Positions 9,737 through 17,026 of a stretch of DNA of 61,950 bases are shown here, one piece after another; position 1 is the stretch's first letter; each line of letters opens with the position of its first letter. Source of the DNA: Candidatus Omnitrophota bacterium (GTDB lineage: Bacteria; Omnitrophota; Omnitrophia; Omnitrophales; Aquincolibacteriaceae); the NCBI GenBank assembly GCA_023247035.1, contig JAHFHG010000007.1:1-61950 (forward strand), given 5' to 3'. The translations under genes and the position numbers were made by a program. Under the pieces are notes generated by a model. It saw only the letters and a program-made list of their open reading frames with translations. It did not search any database and was not told the origin of the DNA.

Positions 9737-10852
9737 TTATTCCTTCCACTGCTCGGCCATTTTGATCCGCTTGCCGATTGCGGGGTGGTCGTAAAAAAAC
9801 CACTCCCACAAAGGGTGGGGCTCCGGGTCTGAAAGGTTGACCTCACCCAGCTTCGTCATACAGGAAATGAAAGTCCCCGGCTGCTTACAAACCTCAAGGG
9901 CGAAACGGTCCGCCGCGCGTTCGAATATCCGGGAAATCCCATTTTGGAGCGGCGTCAGGATCAAATAAACCCCGTAAAAAATAAGAAAAAGAAGCGGCAG
10001 GCTTGCAACATCCTGAGCGCCTTCAAATCCGAAAAAGCGCGCCGCGGGATCCAAAGACTTGTAGGCGAGCCGGAAAGCGAGCAAAGACGTCAGCATTCCA
10101 AGGGCAAGCTGCTTCCAGATGTCGCGGTGTTTGAAATGCCCGATCTCGTGCGCCACGACGGTCTCGATTTCCTCGGCTGTAAAATGACTCAGAAGCGTAT
10201 CGCTCAAAACCACCCGTTTCGTTTTTCCAAGTCCCATAAAAGCGGCGTTGGCTTTTTTGGTGGTGCGGCTCAGGTTCAGGGAATAGACATTTTCCAGAGG
10301 AAGTGAAAACCGGGCGGCCAGTTTAAAAATCTTCTCCCGCACCAAGTCATTTTCGACCTTCCCGTACTTATAAAAAAGAGGGACGATAAAGACAGGAAAT
10401 ATTTTTCCAAGAACGCAGCTCGCAAAGCTAAAGCCGGCCCAGGCGAAAATCCACCACTGATGCGGGAACTGGCGGATCAGAAAATACAAGACTTCAATCA
10501 GGAGCCAGGATACGAGAAAAGAAAGAACGGACTTTTTCAGGAAATCCAGGCCCCAGCTCAGCGGCGTATGATTGGAAAGGCCGAAGCGGCGCTCAAGGAT
10601 AAAACCGGAATAGAAAGCGGAGGGGATGTCAAAAATAAGCATATAAAGAGAAAAAAGCGCGAAGTAAAGGGTCACGACCAAGCAGCCGCTGGTGGTGACC
10701 GATAAGGCATAATCCCTAAACCAGCCCGAAAGGGGCGTCAGGATTAAACCACACAAGATTGCCGGCGTTAGGAACAAATGGATCAAACTTAATTTTTGTC
10801 TTTTCTTCTGATACTGTTTGGCCTTTCCCAAGCTGTACGGCGATTCGTTCAT
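9737..10852 (-). CDS. M48 family (Ste24/HtpX-like) membrane metalloprotease
   Basis: Start trimmed from 11104 to ATG 10852 (MNESPYSL), which removes the overlap with the upstream gene. Multiple TM helices and HEIGHFKHRD (HExxH). Confidence 0.8.
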   Translation of the reverse strand: MNESPYSLGKAKQYQKKRQKLSLIHLFLTPAILCGLILTPLSGWFRDYALSVTTSGCLVVTLYFALFSLYMLIFDIPSAFYSGFILERRFGLSNHTPLSWGLDFLKKSVLSFLVSWLLIEVLYFLIRQFPHQWWIFAWAGFSFASCVLGKIFPVFIVPLFYKYGKVENDLVREKIFKLAARFSLPLENVYSLNLSRTTKKANAAFMGLGKTKRVVLSDTLLSHFTAEEIETVVAHEIGHFKHRDIWKQLALGMLTSLLAFRLAYKSLDPAARFFGFEGAQDVASLPLLFLIFYGVYLILTPLQNGISRIFERAADRFALEVCKQPGTFISCMTKLGEVNLSDPEPHPLWEWFFYDHPAIGKRIKMAEQWKE

Positions 10853-10919
10853 TTCAAATGCTCCTTCGGTTTTATCTTCCTCGTGGAATGCCCTAAATTT
10901 GTCAAACCAACATTTCGCC

Positions 10920-11657
10920 TCACTCAAATGCCGCCAGCAAGCCGTAGTGATCCGAGGCATAAACCCCGCTCTTGTCCGGCTCCGTGAATACCCTTTCCGT
11001 TGAGGATAAATGCGACAAAAGATTGGAACTGTTCCGGAATAAAACATAATCGATCCGGCGGTCCGGCATCCGAACGCTTGACTGGCGGGCGTAAGGATTT
11101 TCATTGTTCCAGGTGCAGCCCTCGTCTTCGTGAAGCAAACTGTAGGCGTCTTGAAAATTCCCCTGCGTTCGCATCTTTTCCAGCTCCGGCGTGCCGGGCG
11201 GCGCGTTGAAATCGCCGGCGGCTAATATTTCGTGGCGGCCGGTGTTGTCGTCGATAAAATCCAGAAACTCTCCCGCCTGTTTTTCACGGACCCGCCCCTC
11301 GTCAAGCCTCCAGGAAAGATGAGTATTGAAAACCGCAAGCGGGGCGTCACCCGCCTTGATTTCAGCAAAAAGGGCGTAGCGTTGATACGCCTCCGTGGGA
11401 GATTGAGTTTTCATCGTCAGGCATTTATTTTCCAGAACCGGAAAGTGGGAAAGAATCATAAGCCCCGATGGCTCCGGAGAGAAAACCATCGACGGGAATC
11501 CGGCCCTCTTTTTGATTTCCTCCGCCCAGTCCGGATTAAACACCTCCTGGAAACAAACGATATCCGGATCATAATCTTCGAGCCCCTGGAAAATGACTTC
11601 CCAGCGCTCCTGCCACGGCCCTCTTTCCTGCCAGGCGTTCAGCGTAAGAATTTTCAT
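10920..11657 (-). CDS. Endonuclease/exonuclease/phosphatase (EEP) family protein
   Basis: Start trimmed to ATG 11657 (MKILTLNAWQ). Has DIVCFQEV, GDFN and SDHYGL blocks of the DNase I-like fold. Confidence 0.8.
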   Translation of the reverse strand: MKILTLNAWQERGPWQERWEVIFQGLEDYDPDIVCFQEVFNPDWAEEIKKRAGFPSMVFSPEPSGLMILSHFPVLENKCLTMKTQSPTEAYQRYALFAEIKAGDAPLAVFNTHLSWRLDEGRVREKQAGEFLDFIDDNTGRHEILAAGDFNAPPGTPELEKMRTQGNFQDAYSLLHEDEGCTWNNENPYARQSSVRMPDRRIDYVLFRNSSNLLSHLSSTERVFTEPDKSGVYASDHYGLLAAFE

Positions 11658-11658
11658 T

Positions 11659-12426
11659 TTATTTTTCCCGTAAAATTTTGAGGCGCTCCGCCATTTCACG
11701 GCGGATCCTGTGACTCATTTCCGTCGCCGAATCACCCTGGCCGATGCGAACCGGACTGAGGATTGAAACATAAAATCGCGCTTTATTTTTGATTCTCCAG
11801 GAACGCTTCGGGAAGGCATTCCACAAGCCGTCAAGAACGACGGGCAGGATCTCGGCCCCGGTCTCTTTTGCAGCGCGAAACGCCCCTTCTTTGAAGGCCT
11901 GAATCTCGCCCGTCAAACTGCGCGTCCCTTCCGGAAAAAAAAGAATGCTGACGTTCCGGGAAAGCCAGGCCTGGGCTTTGAGCAGCGCATTCTTGCTGCT
12001 TTGAATGTTCCGGCGGTCAATCGGAATGTAATTGGCCAGCGCCATGTGCCAGCCGACGACGGGAACGTAAAAAAGTTCTTTCTTGGCCATAAACTTAAAG
12101 TGAAGGGGAAGCACCGCCAGGAGGATCAGAATATCGAGCATGCTTTGATGATTTGAAACAATGACATAATGCCTTCCCTTTTGGATGAATTGAAGGCCTT
12201 CGACCCTGCAGGTCCAAATCGGCTGGGCGGCAAACAGAATCGCTTTCCCCCACCAGCCTGCCGCGTGGTGAATGACCCCACGGGTTTTATCGACTAAGGA
12301 AACCGGCAAAAATAAAATACATCCCAGAAAAAAAATAAAACAGGAGATGATCGCCACAATGACCCATAAGAGCGCTGAAACAACCGCGCTGAAAGTTTTG
12401 GAGATTTGACGGCCAGGCGAAGACAT
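11659..12426 (-). CDS. plsC: 1-acyl-sn-glycerol-3-phosphate acyltransferase
   Basis: 255 aa with an N-terminal TM helix, NHQSMLD (HX4D) and an FPEGTRS block. Confidence 0.85.
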   Translation of the reverse strand: MSSPGRQISKTFSAVVSALLWVIVAIISCFIFFLGCILFLPVSLVDKTRGVIHHAAGWWGKAILFAAQPIWTCRVEGLQFIQKGRHYVIVSNHQSMLDILILLAVLPLHFKFMAKKELFYVPVVGWHMALANYIPIDRRNIQSSKNALLKAQAWLSRNVSILFFPEGTRSLTGEIQAFKEGAFRAAKETGAEILPVVLDGLWNAFPKRSWRIKNKARFYVSILSPVRIGQGDSATEMSHRIRREMAERLKILREK

Positions 12427-12495
12427 AACTTGAGAATTCTAACGAAGTTAAGGATTAAAAGAAATACAATTTTCGTTTCGCTGAAATTGTCTCGG

Positions 12496-12733
12496 TTAAT
12501 CCCCGTAATGAGTTGCAGCCCTTTGAATGTAACCCATCCTCTTCGCACGATCCATACTGCAAACAATCCGATCCTGATAAGTAAGCGGATAGGAGTAGCT
12601 TCCAAAAAGCTCCCCGGCCAGTTTCTTGCCTTCAAAGGGATTTTCGGCGATCACTTCCTTGAGAACCGCGTAAGGATTTTCAAAGGAGCCGGAACAAATT
12701 CCGCCTGGCTTCCGTTGCGGTCAACTCGGTCAT
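12496..12733 (-). pseudogene. Decayed YefM/Phd-type antitoxin plus YoeB/RelE-superfamily toxin locus (internal deletion/frameshift)
   Basis: AGGAGGGAG lies 7 nt before ATG 12733. The ORF reads MTELTATEARRNLFRLL then stop at 12680-12682, an antitoxin-like N-terminus. The +1 frame reads NPYAVLKEVIAENPFEGKKLAGELFGSYSYPLTYQDRIVCSMDRAKRMGYIQRAATHYGD then stop at 12496-12498, a toxin-like C-terminal half without a start codon. Confidence 0.45.
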
Positions 12734-12752
12734 GTGAGCACTCCCTCCTATT

Positions 12753-12774
12753 AAAAATGATTGTGTGCATTTTT
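12753..12774. repeat. Inverted repeat AAAAATG-N8-CATTTTT just upstream of the TA relic (possible former operator)
   Basis: Perfect 7-bp arms at 12753-12759 and 12768-12774, read directly from the sequence. Confidence 0.6.
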
Positions 12775-12828
12775 ACGTACATAATCTTGACGCCGATCCT
12801 CTTTCCCGTCAAACTTCCATTTATTTCT

Positions 12829-12857
12829 TTGACGCTTCCCTTCCGCCGGCTTAGAAT
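12829..12857 (+). promoter_or_regulatory. Candidate sigma70 promoter for the DUF59-TPR gene pair
   Basis: TTGACG (12829-12834), a 17-nt spacer, then TAGAAT (12852-12857). It lies ~29 nt upstream of ATG 12886, with AGGAGGA at 12874-12880. Confidence 0.45.
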
Positions 12858-12885
12858 CCCCCATTGTCAATCCAGGAGGAATGTT

Positions 12886-13200
12886 ATGATCACTAAGGAT
12901 CAAATTATCGAAGTCGCCAAAAAATGTTTCGACCCGGAAATCCCCGTGAATATTTGGGATCTGGGGCTTATCTACGACATCACCCTGAACAAAGATACGG
13001 AAAGCGTCAAGATTCAAATGACCCTCACCTCGCGCGCCTGCCCTGCGGCCCAGCAAATCCCCAATGAATTAAAATCCAAAATTGCGAGCGAGCTTAAGGT
13101 CAAGGATGTGTCGGTCGAGCTGGTTTTTGATCCGGTCTGGACGCCGGAACGGATCAGCCAAGAGGGCAAAAAAAAGCTGGGAATCGCCGAAAATTTGTGA
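12886..13200 (+). CDS. DUF59 (MIP18/SufT-like) Fe-S cluster assembly factor
   Basis: ORF-track start 12406 trimmed to ATG 12886, preceded by AGGAGGA. Reads MITKDQIIEVAKKCFDPEIPVNIWDLGLIYD...MTLTSRACP...VFDPVWTPE, typical of DUF59. Confidence 0.8.
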   Translation: MITKDQIIEVAKKCFDPEIPVNIWDLGLIYDITLNKDTESVKIQMTLTSRACPAAQQIPNELKSKIASELKVKDVSVELVFDPVWTPERISQEGKKKLGIAENL

Positions 13201-13856
13201 GCGAGCTCTACCACGACGCGCTGGAGGATTACCGTAAGAACAATCTGGAGGCCGCGTCCGAAAAGCTCCGCCGCGTGATTCAGGAAAATCCTTCCTTTGA
13301 GGACGCCTACGAAGCCCTCTCCGTCATTTTCTACAATCAAAAAAAATACGACGCGGCGGTTGAAATCACGAAAAAATGGACGGCCTTGAATCCCGATTCA
13401 ATCATGTCCCACACCAACCTCTCGCGCTGCTACGCGGCCCTAGGAATGATCCTGGAAGCCGAGCGCGAGCAGGCCGAAGCGCGCCGGCTCACCTGGAAGG
13501 CCGAGCTCAAGGCCAAGAAACTTGAAATGCCAAAGTTCGACGCGGCCGAGCAGATTCAGCGTTTCAAACAAGTCATCGAGCTTGATCCGGCGGATGTGCT
13601 GGGTTATTTCAGCCTCGGCAACGCCTACCTTGATGCAGGCCACAAACGCGAGGCCCTGGAGACCTTTGAAAAGGCCGTCGAAGTCGATCCGAAACACTCC
13701 GCTTCCTATTTAGGCCTCGGCCTGAGCCTTGAGGCCTTGGGCGATCTCAAGAAGGCGCGCGAAATCTACCGAAAAGGAATCCAAGTTGCCGAAGGCAAGG
13801 GCGATATGATGACTCAGAAGAAAATGGAATCGCGGGCGAAGGCAATTTTGGATTAA
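13197..13856 (+). CDS. TPR repeat protein
   Basis: 219 aa with a GTG start that forms a GTGA overlap with the DUF59 stop. Several TPR units, e.g. GYFSLGNAYLDAGHKREALETFEKAVEVDPKH. Confidence 0.65.
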   Translation: MSELYHDALEDYRKNNLEAASEKLRRVIQENPSFEDAYEALSVIFYNQKKYDAAVEITKKWTALNPDSIMSHTNLSRCYAALGMILEAEREQAEARRLTWKAELKAKKLEMPKFDAAEQIQRFKQVIELDPADVLGYFSLGNAYLDAGHKREALETFEKAVEVDPKHSASYLGLGLSLEALGDLKKAREIYRKGIQVAEGKGDMMTQKKMESRAKAILD

Positions 13857-13918
13857 AAAAGCAAACTCCCTTTATCTTATCTCTTGGTCTCTTGGATACA
13901 GGGCTTGCCGATCCTCGA

Positions 13919-14923
13919 TCAGCCTAGGCGGTCAAACAGCCAAGGACAGGGTGTCCGGGGCTGTTTTGCAATCATCTGCTCCATCCGCTCTGCGCGGCGC
14001 AAATAGCGGTCAGGCAATGCGCAAAGATTTTCTTGGGACTTCCTGCCTTCCGACGAGAGGTTGGTAAGGTGAGGGATTTCCCAAAAATGAATCAAGTGCT
14101 GAATGACTTTGGCATAATCACGGGTCGTATAGATTTTTAGGCGTTGACAGATTAAGACATGCTGCGCAAATAAATCATGCCGTCCATCTTCCATAGTTTG
14201 TCCCGGCATAACGACCTTTTTTTTCATCATATTTTCAAAAGCACTTAAGGCTCCCGAAGGATCGAGTTCGAGGACTTTCTTAAAAAAAAGTTTGTAGGCT
14301 CGTTCGTGTCTCGTTTCATCGCGTGCAATCTGGCGGCACATATTTTCCAGGGCGGGGTCCGAACAACTCCTGGCCAGTTGGGCCGTATTCGTATGGGCTA
14401 TGGCCGTTGCTCTTTCTTGAACCGAAGTGTAAACCAGCCCCTCATAAGGATCATTGTCGGTGAGGGGATCAAAACCGTTTCTAATCAGATACTGCGTCGT
14501 GACTTCGACGGAACGCATGTCAACTTTTCCTGAGAGGTATAAATATATTTTTAGAACGTCGCCGTGCCGATTTTCTTCCGCCGTCCATCCTCGCGTCCAT
14601 AGAGCCCAAGGAGAATCACTCGTTCCTCCATGACCGCCTATACCCGACAAGCGATTGAGCCAGGATTGATAAGAAGGAAGAGCTTCCTCGGTGATCATAT
14701 TTCCAACGAGCGCGGCGAGCACCTCATCGGAAACTCCTCCGCTGCTTTCTCGGAATTTTTCCAGAGCCTCCCGCCAATTCTGGGGTTCCAACGAGGGCAG
14801 GAGATCGCGGGGCTGCCAGCACTTTTCAATGGGGGTCAGTAAATGAAGCTGGTCTCTGACAAAACCTTCCATTTCTTTGATAACTGCCGTCTTTAGATTC
14901 GCGGAATTTATTTCTGTCGTCAT
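13919..14923 (-). CDS. Soluble acyl-ACP desaturase (stearoyl-ACP desaturase family, diiron)
   Basis: 334 aa. Both diiron ligand blocks are present (WTAEENRHGD and ARDETRHERAY). The protein is collinear with the plant/actinobacterial FA_desaturase_2 family. Confidence 0.85.
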   Translation of the reverse strand: MTTEINSANLKTAVIKEMEGFVRDQLHLLTPIEKCWQPRDLLPSLEPQNWREALEKFRESSGGVSDEVLAALVGNMITEEALPSYQSWLNRLSGIGGHGGTSDSPWALWTRGWTAEENRHGDVLKIYLYLSGKVDMRSVEVTTQYLIRNGFDPLTDNDPYEGLVYTSVQERATAIAHTNTAQLARSCSDPALENMCRQIARDETRHERAYKLFFKKVLELDPSGALSAFENMMKKKVVMPGQTMEDGRHDLFAQHVLICQRLKIYTTRDYAKVIQHLIHFWEIPHLTNLSSEGRKSQENLCALPDRYLRRAERMEQMIAKQPRTPCPWLFDRLG

Positions 14924-14971
14924 AATTGCCTTTTTCCTTATTATGCCGCGCGTTATCTACACGCGGGACGA

Positions 14972-16324
14972 TTATAACATTTTTTGCAAGTGTTCCGGGG
15001 ATAGATCGGCCGCTCGCGGAACGGCTAAATCATAAGAAAACAAATTAAAAGGGAACCGCGCCTTTTTCGTGACGATACACTTGCCCTTCGAATCTTTCGC
15101 CAGACACAAATTGAGGGGGGCGAGGCTGGGATCATCGGAAATCACAAAGTCTGCGCTGGATTTTTCAAGGGCCTTTTGAGTCTCAGGTTTAAAAAAAATC
15201 TTGAGCCACGCCAGCCTTCCTTGCGCATGGGGGATAAATAAAACGGCAAAGAGGGGGAAGAGCCTCTTATGCCAGGCGGATTTAAAATAAACTCGGATCG
15301 TTTGAGTCGGATATTCCATTCCGGGCCGGCCATATTGGGTTTGAACCTTTTGAAACCCGTCGATGACTTTTTGCGTCTCTTCAAAGGAATCGGAACGGCC
15401 ATTGGACAGGATGAGGAGGCGCTTGGTCCAACTGTACTTCCATCTCTTGACGCCCCAAAGCCACTGCTCCGGAAATGTGAGAATCATGTCTTCTAAAAGT
15501 TTTACGAATTTCAGGAGCGCCTGTTTGATTTCCAGTTGGGAGTCCTGAGCCGGCCGGCACCAGATCGGTTCCGCCATGAAAAGTTCATGTTTTGGCCCGT
15601 CCGTCCGCACCAAAAAGCAAGGGAAAATAGGCGCGCCTGTCCTCAATGCCAATTCAAATGCCCCTGTCGGAATAGTGGTCTTCCGGCCCAGAAACGGAAC
15701 GATGATTCCTCCTTTTTTTCCGGCATCTTGATCCCCCAGAATGCCGGTTACTTTGTTCTGTTTAAGGACTCGGAAAATAGCGCGGATTCCCATTCCCCTG
15801 CCGCGGGTAATGACGCTGGAACCGTGGCAGCTGCGGAGAGAATTTAAGAAATCATTCATGAGATTATGTTTTTGAGCTGCGGCAATCAGGTGAACCGGAC
15901 GGTCATAATAAACATTCGAGACCAGCTGTAAAAGTTCCCAGTTTCCAAAATGTCCCGTAATCACAATCACGCCTTTATTTTCAGCGAGGGTGTTGAGATA
16001 TCGGGATTCATGATGAACCCGAATGGTTCGCCTCATCGTTTCTCGAGTCATGTTTGGAAAACACAGAAGGTCCGCAAAGAGCTCGCCTAAATAACCGTAA
16101 TGACGCTTGATCATCTGGCGCCTTTGGCCTTCGGAAAAACGCGGACCCAAAACAGCCTTGATATCCGCGTAAGCCACGCTTTTTCGTTTTGTGCTCGACA
16201 AAAAATAAGATAATTCTCCTAAAGCCCGGCCGATTCGAACGGCGGCGGTCGGAGGGAGTTTACGCAAAAAGAGGGAAAAATAGCGCAATAGGTGATAGCC
16301 GATGCGGTCCCATTTTTTTTTCAT
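14972..16324 (-). CDS. LpxL/HtrB-type lipid A (Kdo2-lipid IVA-type) acyltransferase fused to a C-terminal ELM1-like half domain
   Basis: Start trimmed to ATG 16324 (MKKKWDRIGY). The N-terminal ~290 aa carry GHFGNWELL and DQDAGKKG blocks of the Lip_A_acyltrans family. The C-terminal ~165 aa (KRLLILSNGRSDSF...ADFVISDDPSLAPLNLCLA...YDLAVPRAAD) resemble the first half of ELM1/DUF1022 proteins, from memory. Confidence 0.7.
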   Translation of the reverse strand: MKKKWDRIGYHLLRYFSLFLRKLPPTAAVRIGRALGELSYFLSSTKRKSVAYADIKAVLGPRFSEGQRRQMIKRHYGYLGELFADLLCFPNMTRETMRRTIRVHHESRYLNTLAENKGVIVITGHFGNWELLQLVSNVYYDRPVHLIAAAQKHNLMNDFLNSLRSCHGSSVITRGRGMGIRAIFRVLKQNKVTGILGDQDAGKKGGIIVPFLGRKTTIPTGAFELALRTGAPIFPCFLVRTDGPKHELFMAEPIWCRPAQDSQLEIKQALLKFVKLLEDMILTFPEQWLWGVKRWKYSWTKRLLILSNGRSDSFEETQKVIDGFQKVQTQYGRPGMEYPTQTIRVYFKSAWHKRLFPLFAVLFIPHAQGRLAWLKIFFKPETQKALEKSSADFVISDDPSLAPLNLCLAKDSKGKCIVTKKARFPFNLFSYDLAVPRAADLSPEHLQKML

Positions 16325-16859
16325 AAACAAAATCCTTAAAAAAAAAGATTTCTCCTTAAAATAGGTTCCATCGCTCGATTCCATAGAGCAAGCATCTTTG
16401 AAGTTGCAAGTTTTGGATTTGGAACAAAAAAACACCGATATCGGCTGTCGATAAACCTTTTAGAATGAGGGTCATCCCAAGCGAAAAAACAAAATGGATA
16501 CGGTTTTGAAAAATCTCATTGAGCCGATAGGCTTCTTCAAGCTTCAGCGGATCAGGTTTCATCAGGCCAGATGGAAGATCGCTCGTTAGACCCAATAGAC
16601 CCAAACGGTATTGCGACTACACATGAGACGCGCCGCGAACAATCTCAATGGCATCCTTATTTATCAAACATCCCCATTTGAACGAAGATAACATTCGCTA
16701 CAACGACATTAAAATCATTGGACTGTACGTCTTTTTCAAAAAGTAGACACGAAAGCAGGAATTTAACTTACGGATTCAGCCTGGATTCGGGCGCGTTGTT
16801 GTGAGTTAGGGCTGGTTCTTTGTAACCTTTTGGCGGGATTAAGAAACCGGAAAAACAAA

Positions 16860-16933
16860 TGGAGCGGGATACGGGAATCGAACCCGTCTCACAAGCTTGG
16901 GAAGCTCGTGCATTACCACTATGCTAATCCCGC
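16860..16933 (-). tRNA. tRNA-Gly (anticodon CCC), CCA encoded
   Basis: Minus strand reads GCGGGAT-TA-GCAT-AGTGGTA-ATGC-A-CGAGC-TTCCCAA-GCTTG-TGAG-ACGGG-TTCGATT-CCCGT-ATCCCGC-T-CCA. This is a full 74-nt cloverleaf with anticodon loop TT-CCC-AA. Confidence 0.9.
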
Positions 16934-17026
16934 GCAAAAAAGTTTTAAGTATTAGGACCCCAAAAATCTTAAAAAAATTTTAAAATTTCAGAATTAAAAC
17001 TCACACCTTAAAATTTACCGCTGCAG

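Noticed and set aside
12294-12885. ORF-track entries 12294..12635 (-) at 113 aa, and the N-terminal 160 codons of 12406..13200 (+).
   Set aside because: Neither has a Shine-Dalgarno sequence, and both have odd composition and overlap each other. The plus-strand gene has a much better start at 12886 with AGGAGGA and a promoter. The minus-strand region is better explained by the toxin-antitoxin relic in another frame.
13894-13903. GGATACAGGG in the convergent spacer resembles GGATACGGG of the tRNA-Gly 3' half. I considered it as a possible att-site remnant bounding the low-GC block.
   Set aside because: It has only ~9 matching bases with an indel, and the flanks do not align. This is compatible with chance.
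16356-16604. An 82-aa ORF (MGLLGLTSDLPSGLMKPDPLKLEEAYRLNEIF...) upstream of and overlapping the acyltransferase 5' region.
   Set aside because: It has a TTG start without an SD, no recognisable family, and it runs into the AT-rich leader of the next gene. I treat it as part of the decayed or non-coding stretch, not as a gene.
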